Positions 12,479-26,527 of a stretch of DNA of 64,000 bases are shown here, one piece after another; positions within the stretch are counted from its first letter, which is position 1; every line of letters begins with the position of its first letter. The DNA is taken from the NCBI GenBank assembly GCA_964016885.1, contig OZ024744.1, forward strand, positions 22,010,001 to 22,074,000, read 5' to 3'. The notes under the pieces were generated by a model that saw nothing but the letters and a program-made list of their open reading frames with translations, was not told the DNA's origin and searched no databases. Source of the DNA: Eledone cirrhosa (Eukaryota). The position numbers and the translations under genes were made by a program.

Positions 12479-13454
12479 TTTGTTCTGGCTCGTTAATTTA
12501 TTAACCCGCCATTGAACCACACTGGCATTTGGTTGGACAATACATGCGTACCTTGGCGCCTTGTGCGTGAAGGAACGTATTTCATATATATATATATATA
12601 TATATAATGAAGTATTGCCGTAGGAAAGGTAAAGGAAAAGAGAGTGCTCTATGTAGGCTACAAAGCTTTTAAGTTATGTAATAAACAACTTAAGATAATT
12701 AATTCATTTACCATTGGTTTCTTGAAGAGCTTGACACTTATGTCTGTCTTCATTCATCAGAATAAATTCATTATGGAATGGGATATGGATTTGAAAACAG
12801 AGTTTAGGATAAATAAAAGTGAGGCTGAAAAAAAATAGCGGGCATAAATTGAGGGGAAAAAATATATAAATATCCAAATACATAAACATACAAAAACTCA
12901 CGCATATATGTAATAGTAGGTAAACTTATACATTCAAACATAAGTATATGTGCGCCTACATGGAAATATAAATACACACATATACATGCGTTGTTTCGCT
13001 CATATTTGTGTACACACACACGCACACAATCACATACACGTACTCAGTATTAACGTATAAATATACATACGCACATCTCTCTAATACATATGTACGTATA
13101 CATGTGTGAACGTATAAGCACCACCACACCCGTGCCCTCCCGGATCCATACACCCCTCACACCTTTTAATATTCTGGGTTTTTATAACTTCTGTTTTCCT
13201 TAAAATTCCATTTATTTCCACTTCATGTTCTATATTTTATATTTATTTTTATTTCTATTTTTCCCGTCCTTTCATGTTTTTTCCCGCTAATTCCTCCCAC
13301 ACTCCTTCTCAGAGTTCCTCCCTTACACTCTCCCGATGAAGGCCTTATGTCACCAAGCGTGAAGATAATAATACCATGTACCATTTACTCCTGCTTTTGT
13401 CTGTTCTTAGTTTTCTGTTATTTCAAAATTTCAAACTATATATATATATATATA

Positions 13455-13781
13455 TAAGCAAAAGGGATATTTAATTTGTTGGTAATTCAACAAATATATA
13501 TATTTATAACTGATTTGAAGCACTCGACAAGTTTTCTGGAGTATAATATCAATGATATTAATAAATGGAAACTATATTTATAAAACCATATTTATTCTAT
13601 TATATATATTTCAAGGGTACCAACACTTTGGTACGCTCTCATCAGATAAAATACAAAGTTTGTTTTATAAATATTGACATAATCAGGGATGAGATTTTAA
13701 CGGTTCAAGTTTTTCCTGGAAAGATATATATAATAGAATAAATAAGGTTTTTTCGATATAGTTTCCATTTATTAATATCAT

Positions 13782-13790
<9 letters not shown>
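13455..13790 (-). mobile_element. diverged family-A fold-back element with a partial inverted copy (13725-13788)
   Basis: Shares ataaatggaaactatatttataaaaccatatttatt with 1149-1184. Bounded by (TA)n on both sides. Confidence 0.8.
13593..13653 (-). ncRNA. minimal type-I hammerhead ribozyme (family A relative)
   Basis: TATTTTAT-CTGATGA-GAG-C-GTACCAA-AGTG-TTGGTAC-C-CTT-GAAA-TATATA-TA-ATAGAATA. Confidence 0.8.
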
Positions 13791-13819
<29 letters not shown>

Positions 13820-14099
13820 GTTTCGGGACCCCGACGACTGAGCTCCTGCCGTTTCAACAGTTAGATCCGGACCAGTGAAGTGAGTACCGCTTGTATTCTG
13901 ATACAAATATATGTGTGTGTGTGTAAATAATCTATTTTTAAAACAGTTGAGCGCGTTATAAATGTTGAATATCAAGCTAACATTTTCAAGCCACATTTTA
14001 TAACATGAAAAATAGTCCAACGTATCGTGTATATAAGCTTCTGGAGACCTAATGACACCACACCTACACGCTATACGCTATCTATTGTGTGCGTGCCTA

Positions 14100-14173
<74 letters not shown>

Positions 14174-14199
14174 CACACACAATACACACACACACACAT

Positions 14200-14237
<38 letters not shown>

Positions 14238-14241
<4 letters not shown>

Positions 14242-14453
14242 CGAAGGAAATGTGGTAAGGAACCAGGTGGACCATAACGCACCAAAGTACTCAATACTTA
14301 GGGTAATAGAGTGGGTAATAGGAACGAGTAGGACCCCGACAACTGAGCTCAAGCCGTTTCGACGGCTAATTCTGGACTAAAAAAAAATTTTTTAGTCCAG
14401 AATTAGCCGTCGAAACGGCTTGAGCTCAGCCGTCAGGGTCCTACTCGTTCCTA
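14238..14453 (-). mobile_element. family C fold-back fragment
   Basis: Reverse-orientation homologue of 3581-3778. The hairpin centre carries an A9/T6 tract. Confidence 0.8.
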
Positions 14454-14607
14454 TATATATATATATATATATATATGCTTGTGTGTATGTGTGTATATAT
14501 ATGTCCAGTAAAAGTAGTTTTGGTAAAAACAGGAGCAAGCAGGAGAAAGCTCTCTACACTCGTAGTGTGTAGTTACGATGAAGATTCAGTATAAGAATGA
14601 CATTAAC

Positions 14608-14878
14608 AAAGACGCTGTGATTATATAAAGCGTTTATTCATTATAATTATTTCAATGGCTCCCTATTGCAATCCAAGATGTAACATATATATTTGTTTCT
14701 GGTATGAGAAATATCCGTTTATGTGATATGCTGTAAGCAAAAGACATGTTCTTCTTCTTGCGGGTATGCGAAGAAATCCTTCCCATAACTGCAACATATA
14801 TAATACATCTTGGATTGCATAAAGGAACCATTGAAATAATTATAATGAATAAACGCTTTATGTAATCACAGCATCTTT
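14608..14878. mobile_element. older fold-back element with ~83-bp inverted arms and a degenerate hammerhead 3' half
   Basis: Arms 14608-14690 / 14795-14878. GAAA-TAATTA-TA at 14833-14844. Confidence 0.6.
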
Positions 14879-15339
14879 CTTCTTTGTTATGGGTAGTAGT
14901 TAGATGTTATGGGTCGTAGTTAGACGTCCATCACATTTGCGCATGTGCAAAGCTATGAAGAGTAATTAAGGTTCACAAGAAAAGGCTTCAAAAACATCAT
15001 CTTTGTCCGTTCCCTTGTCGTTTTAGTTGGGATCGCCTCGAGAACGTAACTTTATTACATAATGAAGCGGTTTGATGAGATCATGACACTAGTTCCGTGA
15101 AATTGTGTGGCCACTCTCGTCATGGAAATATTTACCACAGCCTTATCAATAAAGGACTTTAACATCTGAAACTTCTTCGCATTTTTTATTCTAAATATAC
15201 TTCGTTATTCCTATGTGGAAAAAGTACGTTGTGTGCTTGAATTGCATCAATATTTACCATGAGTATATGTATGTATGTGTGTATATATATAAATATGTGA
15301 GCATAAATATATATATATATGTGTGTGTGTGTGTGTAGC

Positions 15340-16150
15340 AGTGTACTAATGTATGCGCCTTGTGTTGGAGAAACACCAAGACTCTGGCTTTACTCTACCA
15401 CTGGCTCAGGGCAGGAGAGTTAAGGCTAAAAAGATATCTGATGCTGAATTTGCCGATGACATAGTTCTGGTGAAAAACACAGTGAATGGGGAAGAGGATT
15501 TGATTCAGGAGGTAGAGATGTGTCGATGAGTGTGGGGCTGAGAATGAATGAGATTAAGACGAAGTATCTGGTAGAGAATATTAAGAAGCCAGAGAAGATT
15601 ACTAATGTAGGCGGGAAGCCGCTAGAATTGGTTGAGGACTTTCTGTATTTGGGTGCAAAGATTGAGAATACGGAGATGAGGTGGTCGAGAGGAAGAGCAA
15701 AGCCTGGGCGGCGTGCCACAGTTTGAAGTCGGTGTGGAAGTCCTGAAGATCCGTCTCTTCGTCACTACAGTGGAGTCTGTGCTACTGTACGGGAAACTCA
15801 CTCAGATGGTGGATGGGTGCTACAAGAGAATGCTGAGGATGGCTCTGAAGATTAATCAGTATACACTGAGGATGAAAAACTCAGAGATGTACGGGAGCCT
15901 CCGAAAAGTCACCTCGAAAGTAACACAGAGGAGACTGAGGTTAGCTGGACATGCTCACCGACATCCAGAATTGACACTGCACTCAGTGCTCCTGTAGGAG
16001 CCCCTGCACGGACACACTGGCAGACGAGGATCGAGGATGACATAGGGACAGACACTGGTCTCTTGGAGACGCAGGATATGGCAGCAATGATGAAGGACAG
16101 AGACAGCTGGAGAAAACTCGTCCATGGGTCTCGGGAATTTTACCCGCCCC
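15340..16150 (+). mobile_element. RTE-type LINE 3' fragment (RT C-terminus, frameshifted)
   Basis: Translates as GFTL..SDAEFADD..GLRMNEIKTK..FLYLG..KIRLF..VESVLLYG..RRLRLAGH..DRDSWR. Confidence 0.85.
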
Positions 16151-16260
<110 letters not shown>

Positions 16261-16537
16261 TACAAACATACGCATTTCTAGATACATCTTTCGAGATAAT
16301 ATTTCAATGTAATTCACACATTGTACTGAATATGTTGAAGGAGAGCTACATTAATGTAACTCATATCCACTCAAAATATACCAGGAAGTCTGAATGTTAA
16401 TATATGAATTTCAGACATAAATTTACTCTACGGTAAAATGCCATTTAATTTAATCTTAATAATCGTACGTCTTACAGTATATTGAGCGTATATCCTCACA
16501 TGTATACTTTATTGCACTGTACACACACACACACACA

Positions 16538-16637
<100 letters not shown>

Positions 16638-16709
16638 CGTATGTGTGTGTGTATATATCTATTTATATATATATAAATATATAATTTGTTTATTCTTACA
16701 CATACGCCC

Positions 16710-16787
<78 letters not shown>

Positions 16788-16986
16788 ATGTGTGTGTGCG
16801 TGTGTGTCTGTAGAAGATTTACATAAATATACATACTGCAATGTATAGATAAACACACAAACACACAAACACACACACACACACATATCATGTGCATGCA
16901 TGTTTGTGTGTGAGGGGGGTAAACTAATGTACATATGATCTCTTTCTCTCTCTCTCATATATATAAACATGTATATATATATAACA

Positions 16987-17051
<65 letters not shown>

Positions 17052-17160
17052 GAGTGTGTATAAATAAAAATATACATATACATATGTGTGTATGTATATA
17101 TGTATGTCTTATGTATGTGTAAATATCGACATGAATATATATAAATAAATGTATATATAC

Positions 17161-17198
<38 letters not shown>

Positions 17199-17864
17199 GC
17201 ATGTACATACAAATAATTATACATACGTACATACAAAAATACAAACGTATAAATAATTTTGAAATAAAATCAAATTATTTATAGGCTTAAAAGTAAATAA
17301 TTTTTTTTTAAAGAAAATATATGAAATTTATTATTAGGTGTGGTGCTTCCATTCATCATTCAACTCTCTCAAAGAATTCATCCTTCCAGATATTTTCATA
17401 ATTTGACATAATATATAAATATAAATATGGTTTGTATTTTTCTTTTTTTTTTCATTATTTTCATATTTCTTGTATAATTGGTTAGAGAATACCTATTGAA
17501 GCCATCACTAATATATTAAATGTATCGCTTGTAAAACAAAAACAAAAAATACAATAAGGAAAATAAAGAAAAATAATTTAATTCCAGATTGCCAAAAAAA
17601 AAATGAAAATCTATATATAAAAAAAAAAAAGATATTTAAATATCAGCCACCTTAGTGAGGTTGACTTTGATGTGCTGAAGATGGAATTGGTTGAAACAAG
17701 CCGAAGTGTTTTGGAATCGATATTACAATCATACAATTTCTCTTACAGATAAGCGGTATGAACAGAATTGAAATGGACAGTGTGAGAAGGAAATGTAGCG
17801 AATTAGCAGTGTTGTTAAGAGATGGGATTAAATACCTTGCAGTGTTTCTTTTGGTTCTAGGGTG

Positions 17865-18045
17865 CTAGATTAGCAAAATCAGTAGTATAGATTTATGTCC
17901 CTTTACGTTCTATGTTCGATCCTGCTGATGTTAGCTTTGCCTTTCATCCTTAGGGGGTCAATAGAATAAAGCACCAGTAACGTACTGAGGTCTATTTAGT
18001 CGACTTTCCCTCCCAAAATTGTTGGCCTTGGGCCTAAATCAAAAA
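17865..18045 (+). mobile_element. diverged SINE copy; further degenerate pieces extend to ~18240
   Basis: gtccctttacgttctatgttcgatcc..ctttgcctttcatccttagggggtcaat. Confidence 0.7.
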
Positions 18046-18341
18046 GCTTTATTTGTTCTGGTTCTCTCTACTTTAAGGTTAAATTGCACCGAAATAAACC
18101 CTTTCATCCTTTTGAGATCGATAAAGTTGAAGGCAGTAGGCGAATGGATCAATTGTTACAGTTATCGAGTTAGACAAATTGTCTTATAGTACCTGTCCTA
18201 GTTCTGTGCGTTCTGAATTCAAATTCAAATTCCACCCACTGTTTCAGGGAAACATTCTCACATTGAAACACGCGAGAAACCTTATATGGAATGCAGCTTT
18301 GGAGGAGAGGAGGCCAGCTAAAAATGCGCAGGTGTAGGCTA

Positions 18342-18378
18342 TAACAGCAACAGTAACAACAGCATCAACAACAACAAG

Positions 18379-18445
<67 letters not shown>

Positions 18446-18453
18446 CAACAACA
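18342..18453. repeat. (CAA)n microsatellite
   Basis: Read directly from the sequence. Confidence 0.95.
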
Positions 18454-18609
18454 GTATGAGGAGGAGAAGGAAAGAAAGCTGATGAAATGTTTCGGGGATG
18501 ACATGAGGGAATATCATCAAATACTTGGATAAACATCGAAGAACATACGTTCAAGCGATCAAGAACTCTGTTAGAATACAGTCGTTTGATGCACAGGGAT
18601 GGACCGACT

Positions 18610-21340
18610 AAGAGAATACGTCGGAACTTGTTTTAAACATACGGCTACATAATTGCGTGCAAAATGGTTTCAATGTCCTGCTCGCATCTTGGACAGGTCC
18701 TTTTGGCAGGATCCCTGCTAGGGCGTCCGTGCCTGAAAATCTTGTGTCGAACTGGTAAAGCTTCTCTGTAGCACTGCTAGGCCAGAGACCTCTGGAAGTT
18801 ACCCATAGGTCCTGGGCGGAAAGTCCTCTCGAACAGACTGGCCTGTTCGTTCTCTTCGACGCCCAGAGTCTCTCCAGGAACGTCGTCGTACTTATGCTCC
18901 ACCAATCCCCTATAGAATGTTGACGTGGAGTCTCAGTTGATTGCTGTATCCGCACCCATTTTCAGTCTTCGCTTGAAGGACTGCAGCTCCGTTAGCGAGA
19001 GGAGTTGCGTTAGAAGGGTGTTGGCAGCAGATGGATCTCCTCACCAATGGAACCTGATTCTTCCGAAGGAACTTGAAGAGTAAACGTTCCATTCTGGCGA
19101 GGTGATCATGGGGACAAGGTACCACCGTCAGGAGGTAGTAGACGACTCCGCTCGTTCCAGTTCGTGTCCATCTGGAAGTCTGGACGAAACCAGACCCCGA
19201 GCAATTTCACCGGTCCTTCGGTCCAGCATCTAACGACGCTGTCGGAATACATCGATTTGCCTCTCCACGTGCCGAGTTGAAAACCTACAGACTTGTCCAG
19301 GTTCAGTTTTCCTGCCGTCAGCGTTTCGTATTCCTGTAGTAAGTTGCCGATTACCCCCATTTCCGAGGTTTTCGACACCATTACGGTTACGTCGTCAGGA
19401 TAGACCGACGCTGCTTTTCACAGTCCTGGTTCCATCTGGATGTCCTGCAACAGCTCCAACTTCCGCAGTACTTCTCTCTCTTTAGAGAGCACCATCACCT
19501 ATTGTTGACGATGGCCCCTGTCAACTGGCGTTTAACTAAACTGCTAATCCGTTTACTGCAAACATTTACGGGTTTACAGTATCCGGGTCCCTGTTTATGT
19601 GTTCTATCAAGTTGACTACGCAGGTCACTAATTTGTGGTCTGAATAGGCAACCATGTATCTTTATGGACAGCTTAAGGTATCCCTATCGTTTTTTCTAAT
19701 TAGAAATCTATTTAAATGTGATCTAGAGGAGCCAGTGGGGTAGCTCCACACCACAGTGGTGCACTTGGGAAATCTAGTCGATATCTATCAGCCAGTTGCA
19801 ATAGGCTAATGCGATTTCTGAAGCTGTTACAACTCACCCCCTTTTCTATTCCACGCTACTACATAGTCCCAACGTGCTTCCAAGACACCATTCCAGTCCC
19901 CCGTAACAGAAAAGAGCAAGACATTCCCAGGAATGACTCCAGACAGTTAAAGAACTCTTGCCGCGATGTCCCAGTTGGGGCATATAGGGCCACCAGTCTG
20001 AAAGGTTCACATTCACCACCATTCACGTCTAGGATGACCAACTCCTCCTCCATCTCCTGGGTTACAGACAGATGCATAGATCTCAAAGTCATCGAACATG
20101 TCGGTTAACTGTGCTTGTCGTGAATCCTGGACTCGTTAACGGCTATCACATCTATACAGTGTGACCTGAGGTCATTTAAAAGTTGGCTCTGCTTCCAGGA
20201 CATCCTCAGGCCACGCACATCGAAAACACTGTGGTTTTCTGCTCTCCGCTGTGATGTTGATAACATGGATGTTATCAACAGGTACTCTTTCACGTATCTT
20301 GGTAATTCTTTCTGGTTTTGTTTGGACCAGGAGTTCCACCGAGGACCCATTCCATTTATACCTGGTTGATTTCTTTACAGAGAGGAGGGTGTCTTCACCC
20401 TCCTACAAAAAGCCACTCAGGATCCACCAAATGTTGGTGTTCGATGGGATTTGGGGCACCTTTATCTTGTGTGTTTTGCTTCCGATGTATGTAGGTAGGG
20501 CAAAATATGTATTGGTTCATTTTAATCGGAGCCAACGAATATTTCCGAGCAAGGGTTTCCCTTTTGAAGAGCACCGAGGTGCTCCCATATTTTTGGGCCC
20601 TCTGAAGGTAGACAATGTTTGGCATTGGCTCCCTCAACACACCTACTACTATATTCCGAGGCAAAGAAACATGTTTTCTCAATATAGACAGAGTTCTACA
20701 GAAATTTTTTTTCTTTAGGGTTACGGCTCTAATTCCGATGGGGTGTTAATATGAAATCCATTTCCCTCGTCTGTTATATATTGTGCAGTGTCCTTCAGGT
20801 ACTGCGTTTTATTTGAGGTGTCTATGTCTATGAATTCCGTATTCTTGGCAACTGACGCTGCAAAAGATTTGTTTGTATGTATTTGATTTTTATTATCACT
20901 TGTGTTGTTGCTGTTGTTTTTATTGTTTTTGTCCTTTTTGTTTGTCATTTTCATTGTTGTTGTTGTTGTTTTCATTTGTGTCATTTGTCTTTGTGTTATT
21001 GTTTTTTTTCCAGTTGTTGTGTTACTGTTGTTGAGTTTCATAATATCTTCATTACGAAAAGTGTTCATGCTACCGTCTGTTGACACTGTTGTTATAGCGA
21101 CATACGACATGGCTGCAGAAGAAGACATAACGTCTTCTGTCATACTCTCTTGTCCAGGAGCGTTCCTTTCTTAAATTTCACAGATAATATTTTTTTAAAT
21201 TTTCCGAAACTTAGAGAAACCACCTGAAGTTTCAGGTGGTTTGTTTAACTTTAAAACAATATAAAATAAAATTTACAATTATCAGATTTTCTCGTAAAAA
21301 ATTAAACAAAAACTCACCAGTGAGCCGTCACACGTCTACC
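18610..21340 (-). mobile_element. internally deleted Tx1/L1-clade LINE retaining 5' UTR, ORF1 pieces, APE and post-RT fragments
   Basis: ORF1-like 20721-21143 and 20395-20682, APE-like FDVRGL/VALYAP (19859-20225), and GKLNLDKSVG..LLGVWF (19106-19381), all collinear with the copy at 21350-26200. Confidence 0.85.
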
Positions 21341-21583
21341 CATATAGATAGATTTCTTTATTTGCCATAAGGGCGCACAAGAAAAGGGGACAAAACAAAT
21401 ACATGCCGGGGATTATACATAGAATCGTGTAAAAAAATATAAAACAAACAATTATAGCAATCGAAATCCGCAATAGGGGGGAAGTACCATAAATGGGTTG
21501 TTTAATACCTCGTCAATAGAACAACTCTCAACTTCAGGAGTGTGTTGTGCAAGTGCTCCTTTCTTCCTTTCGCTCTCTTTGAC

Positions 21584-24500
21584 CTACAGGTTTATATACA
21601 GAGAAGGCCCAATCACTCGGGCCATTTTTTCCACATTCACCCACCTTTCAGTAAATTTACTGGGGTGCAGTGCCTCTCTCTCCACTCTGATTCTCCTTCT
21701 AAAGTGATACTTAAAGAAGGGAATCAATTGTTGTCCGGAGAGAAAAGCATCTGTCCTCAGTCCTCTCAATCTCATCCACCATATAACCTCTTTCACCATA
21801 GCCACTGTACAGAGGAAAACCGACTCTCTTTTGTTTTTGAAAGAGGCTGGCGGTTTGATCCTTACTATGAACTCGGCAGTCAACTGGATTTGTTCCATAC
21901 GCGTCAGCAGTTGTTCTACATAGTTGCACAGGTCGGTTACGCCCAGGCAGTGTACAATTGCGTGCACGACGGTTTCAATGTCCTGCACGCATCTTGGACA
22001 CGTCCTCTTGGAAAGATCCCTGTCGGGGCGTCCGTACCTGTAGACCTTGTTACGAACTGGTAGAGCTTCTCGGCAGCACTGCCAGGCCAAGGACCTCTGG
22101 AAGTTGTCAATAGGTCTCGGGCGGAAAGTCCTACCAAACAGATTGGTGAGCTCATCGTCTTCGACGCCCAGAGTCTCTCCGAGCACGTCGTCGCCCTTGT
22201 AACGTACAATCCCTCTATAGAATGTTGAAGTGGAGTCTCCACTGATTCCTGTGCCCGCTTGCCAGAGGACTGTGAGCGCCTGAGCGCATTCAATGTGCCA
22301 GGCGCCCATCGTTTTCGGTCTTTTCTTGACCCATGACTGCAGCTCCGTCAGCGAAACGAGCTGCGGGAACGCTTGTCTCACAAACGGTGCCCACACCGGC
22401 TGGAGGTCGGTGAGGAATACCTGGAGATGCCGCAGCCTCAGCGCATTATTGCGTATCATCAGCCACGGCATTCCCAGCCCTCCGTTGGAAGGGTGATGAC
22501 AGCAGACGGATCTCCTCGCCAGCGGAGCCTGCTTCTTCCACAGAAACTGGAAGAGCATGCGTTCCATCTTGGCGAGGTGTTCACGGGGACAAGGCACGAC
22601 AGTCAAGCGGTAGTAGATGACGGACGCTATGAAAGAGTTCGCCACCTCCGCTCGACCTTTCAAGGACAGTTTGCACTCGGCCCACTTCTCCGTGAGCGCA
22701 AACACCTTGGCCGTAACCTCGTTCCAGTTTTTCTCCACTTGGAGGTCTGGACCGAACCAGACGCCGAGCAATTTCACCGGTCCGTCCGTCCAGCATCCAG
22801 CGACGCTGTCGAAGGTCATCGGTTTGCCTCTCCACGCACCGAGTTGCAAACCGACAGACTTTTCCGGGTTTAGTTTTGCTCCCGTGAGCGTTTCGTATTA
22901 TTTCAGTAAGTTGCCGATCATCCCGATTTCCGAGGTGCTCGACACCATTACCGTCACGTCGTCGGCATAAGCCAACGCTGCTTTGCGCAGTCCCGGTTCT
23001 AGAGGGATGCCCTGCAACAGCTCTAATTTCCGCAGTAGTGGCTCTAGAGTCAGTACGTACAGAATGGAGGAGAGAGGGCATCCCTGTCGAATGGAACGAG
23101 TGATTGCGAACGGCTCCGATAGGTAGCCGTTCACCTTGAACCTCGAGCAGATGCTGGTGTGCATCACCTCGATCCAGCCTCTGAAAACGGGACCGAAAAC
23201 GGCCGCCTTGAGAACCGCTTCCAAGTATCGATGGTCGACCCTATCGAATGCCTTAGACTGATCCAAATTGATCAGAACCCACCGAAGCCGGGTTTACTAC
23301 CCACCCTCTCTATTATATATCGCATGAGGTGGAGGTTGTCGTGTATGGACCTGGTCGGGATTGCACACGTTTGCGCGTTCCCTACCAGGTTCTCGACGAC
23401 AAGCGCCAACCTCGTCGCTAGCACCTTGGCCAAAATTTCTAACTCTGTTGAGCAGAGTTATGGGCCTGAAGTTGTTAATTTCGTCGCCCTTGTTCTCGTC
23501 TTTCCTGATCAGCGTTACTACGCCCTTGCCTGCAGAACTGGGAATTCTCCCTTTCTGATGTCAATTGCAGTAGAAGGCTTCGAGGATGCCAGAGAACAAG
23601 TCCGGTATGCCTATGTAAAACTCATAGGGTAGACCATCTAGACCAGGTGACTTGCGTTTCCCGCAGCGGCCCAGAGCGTCCCGTATCTCAGTGTCCGTGA
23701 TCGGTCTTTCGCAGAACTCGGCGTCCGTGTTCGAGAGACACGGCAGGCCGTCGAGGTGTGAACTAAAGTCCATGGCCCCGTTCGGCTCACCGTCTTTCTG
23801 CTCAAACAGTCAGCAAAGTGCTGCTGAAAGGCCGCGCACATTTGCTTGGGGTCAAGTAGCACGCGTCCGTTTTGATCTTTCAAAGACCGAATCGTGGACT
23901 TGTTGCCACTTTTTGCCTCCGCCACTCGGGCCCAGCTCACAGCTTTCACTCCTCGTTTCCGAGAGCACGTGTTTTGCTTCTGATCACGCAGCCTTCGTGT
24001 TTCCCATCGAAGAACTGGTCCAGTGCCGTTCTCGACGCTAACACTCTCGCCGCGTTGCCACTTCTCAGTGCCTCCCCTACCTTGGCTACTAGTTCTCTTT
24101 CTATTTTGTTTTTCTCTACGGCTAACTCTCTGCTAAACCCTATCGATTCTACTCTAATTGCTTTCTTGAGAGAGTACCGCCATCTATTGTTGACGAAGGC
24201 TCCCGTTAACTGTTGCTTGTCTAGTCTACTTATCCGTTCACTGTAAGCTTTACGTGCCAGGATCGACACGTTCAGCTTCCAGTATCCGGATCCCTGTTTA
24301 TGTGTTCTGTCACGGTTGACTAAGCAGACGACTAATTTGTGATCTGAGTAGGCAACCATGTGCATCCGTGGACAGCTTAACATCTCCTTCTCCCTTTCTC
24401 TAATGTAGAACCTATCTAAATACGATCTAGATGTCCCACTGCGCTTTACCCACGTCCACTGTGGTGCAGTCGGGAAATCCAGTCGATACCTATCGGCCAG

Positions 24501-25028
24501 TTGGAATTGGCCGATTAAAGTTTTGAGGCTGTTGCACCCCCCCCCCCTCTACTGAGACATGCTCCCACATAGTTCCATCGTGCATCTAGGATACCATTCC
24601 AGTCCCCCACTAAAAGTAAGGAGCGAGACATTCCCAGAAAAGACTCTAGAAGCTTAAAGAAGTCTGGCCGTGATTGCGATTGCCCGGTTCGGGGCATAAA
24701 CGGCCACCAGTCTGAAGGCTCCACCTCCAATACCGTTCACGTCTAGGACTACCAGTCTACCCTCCGGGTCCAAGTGTACTTGCTGTACTTCGACGTCCAG
24801 GTTCTTCCGAAACATGACAGCCTCTCCCCCTCCACCGCCTGGCTGACAGAGAGATGCATAGATCTCAAAGTCGTCGAAGATGGGGGTTAGTTGCCGCTTG
24901 TGGATCCTGGACTCGGTGATGGCTATCAAATCCATACCGTGTGACCTAAGGTCGTTTAAAAGTTGGCCCTGTTGCCAAGGCATCCCTAGGCCACGCACAT
25001 TAACGCTTCCAACTCGTAAACTAGCCAT
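21584..25028 (-). pseudogene. LINE ORF2 (apurinic-like endonuclease + reverse transcriptase + C-terminal Cys/His motif), disrupted by frameshifts and stops
   Basis: Motifs SVNVRGL, VAVYAP, GDWN, YSDH, GYWKLN, KSPGLDGLP, DQSKAFDRV, RQGCPLS, AYADD and CPRC..ETVVHA occur across several frames. Confidence 0.92.
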
Positions 25029-26205
25029 GTTGGTGGAGAAGAGTTGACGAAAAGGACGAAAATGTGTACTTACCTTTTCGTTTCTTGGAGATCGGATTGT
25101 TCAATCTCCATTTCATTTCTGGTGGGGTGTTGGGTGGGGTGGAGAAACGTTTTAATAAGACGCGGTTAATAGGTTTGTAACAGGGGTTGCCAACATCCTG
25201 CGAAAACTGTTCTTTCAACCCCTGATCGGTTTCTATCGAAACCCTTATTAGTTTTAGGTGTGGTGACGATTCTGCTTTGACGAAAGTTTTGCCCTCCGTC
25301 TCCACCTTGGCGTTTTGGGAGATGACCTCCATCAAACTCTTGTTGTTTGTGTTGATGTATGCGTATTGTTGTTTTTGTTTTGGTTGTGTTGTTCTAGTTT
25401 GTTGTTCGTCTGTGAGTTTTCTTTTTTGTGTTTGGGGTGGTGTTGGTGTTTGTTTGGTTGGTAGGGGAGGGTTTGGTTGTGGTGCTGTTTGTGTTGTTGT
25501 TTGTGTCTGTGCTTGTGTGTTGGTGTTGGTAAAAGTACTTTTTTTTTAAGATTTGTTTGTAACGGGCAGGAGGCTTTTAGGTGTGATGTGCTTGCAAATC
25601 GAAAACAATGTGGCTTCTCCCCTCAGTTACGATGTTGATGTAGTTCTGGTTGTAGACCAGCACTCTTTCGGGGATTTTGGAAATTCTTTCTGGTGTCATT
25701 TGTATCAGAATTTCCAAATTTGTCCCTGCCCACCTTTGTCTGGTCGACTTCCTGACCGAAAGAATTGTATCAATTTCTGGCTCTATAAAACCCGCTAAGA
25801 TCCACCAAATGTTGATGTTTGGTGGTATATTATTTATTTTAATTTTTTCTGTTCTTTTTCCTATGTAAGTAGGGAAAAAGGTGTGCGTTTTTGTGCGAAA
25901 ATATTTCCATATAGTCTGGCCCTCTGCATAAAATCAATGTCCGGCAGAGTCTCTTTCAAGATGGTTTCAATTTCCCCTTGACTGAGGAAGACCGGTTTTT
26001 TCGTTTGATTTGAAACAGTTCTGAAAGTTACTGTCTTTCGAACTCTTTCTCGTTTAATTTGCAAGGGCGAGTTTATATGAAACCCACCCTTTTTTCAAAG
26101 GCTATGAATTGTTTTGCATCGGTCAACATTTGTTTGGAGTTGGTTATGTCGATGCGTTTGTACTTTGTTTTATTTATCACAGTCTGTGCGAATGTTGTTT
26201 TTTCA
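25021..26205 (-). pseudogene. LINE ORF1 remnant
   Basis: Degenerate knuckle HCFRFASTSHLKASCP at ~25562-25612. The ORF1 stop (25021) overlaps the ORF2 ATG (25028). Confidence 0.7.
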
Positions 26206-26214
26206 ATTTTGTTG

Positions 26215-26452
26215 TATATATATAGGGAAAAAAGATGTTGTATATGTATAGGGAAAAAAGATGAAATTGAAAATGCAACTGGAGTTTTTTTTTTTAAATA
26301 TACATTTATTTATTTCCTTTACCGGTTTCGCAGTTCTTCTACTTTTCAAACGTAGTATTGAGATGGAGGGATTGTGGTTTTTCTCACAAAAACCACACAC
26401 CCTCCATCTCAATTCTACTTTTGAAGAGCAGAAGAACTGCGAAACCGGTAAG

Positions 26453-26458
<6 letters not shown>
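26215..26458. mobile_element. family H fold-back element (hairpin 26319-26451) adjoining the 5' side of the LINE ORF1
   Basis: ~64-bp inverted arms with a 5-nt loop. Homologous to 27375-27510. Confidence 0.8.
26418..26452 (+). ncRNA. ultra-minimal hammerhead with U3 core variant (family H); mirror copy at 26317-26352 (-)
   Basis: CTT-TTGAAGA-GCAG-AAGAA-CTGC-GAAAC-CG-GTA-AG, with ACCGGT as palindromic stem III. Confidence 0.7.

Positions 26459-26527
<69 letters not shown>

Larger units (their letters stand above)
21350..26205 (-). mobile_element. near full-length decayed Tx1/L1-clade LINE
   Basis: ORF1 with zinc knuckle, ORF2 with APE and RT, and a 3' UTR ending AATAAAGAAATC. Confidence 0.92.

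Noticed and set aside
13333-13365. CCGATGAAGG after a pyrimidine-rich tract
   Set aside because: It may be a decayed ribozyme start, but no GAAA or stem III half was found.
16043-16120. RTE 3' end resembles satellite units (gacagacactgg, acagagacagctggagaaaact), suggesting the satellite arose from it
   Set aside because: The matches are short and low-complexity, so chance is sufficient.
17674-17700. CTGAAGA...GAAAC hammerhead-like boxes
   Set aside because: The intervening TGGAATTGGTT does not form stem II, and there is no stem I or III pairing.
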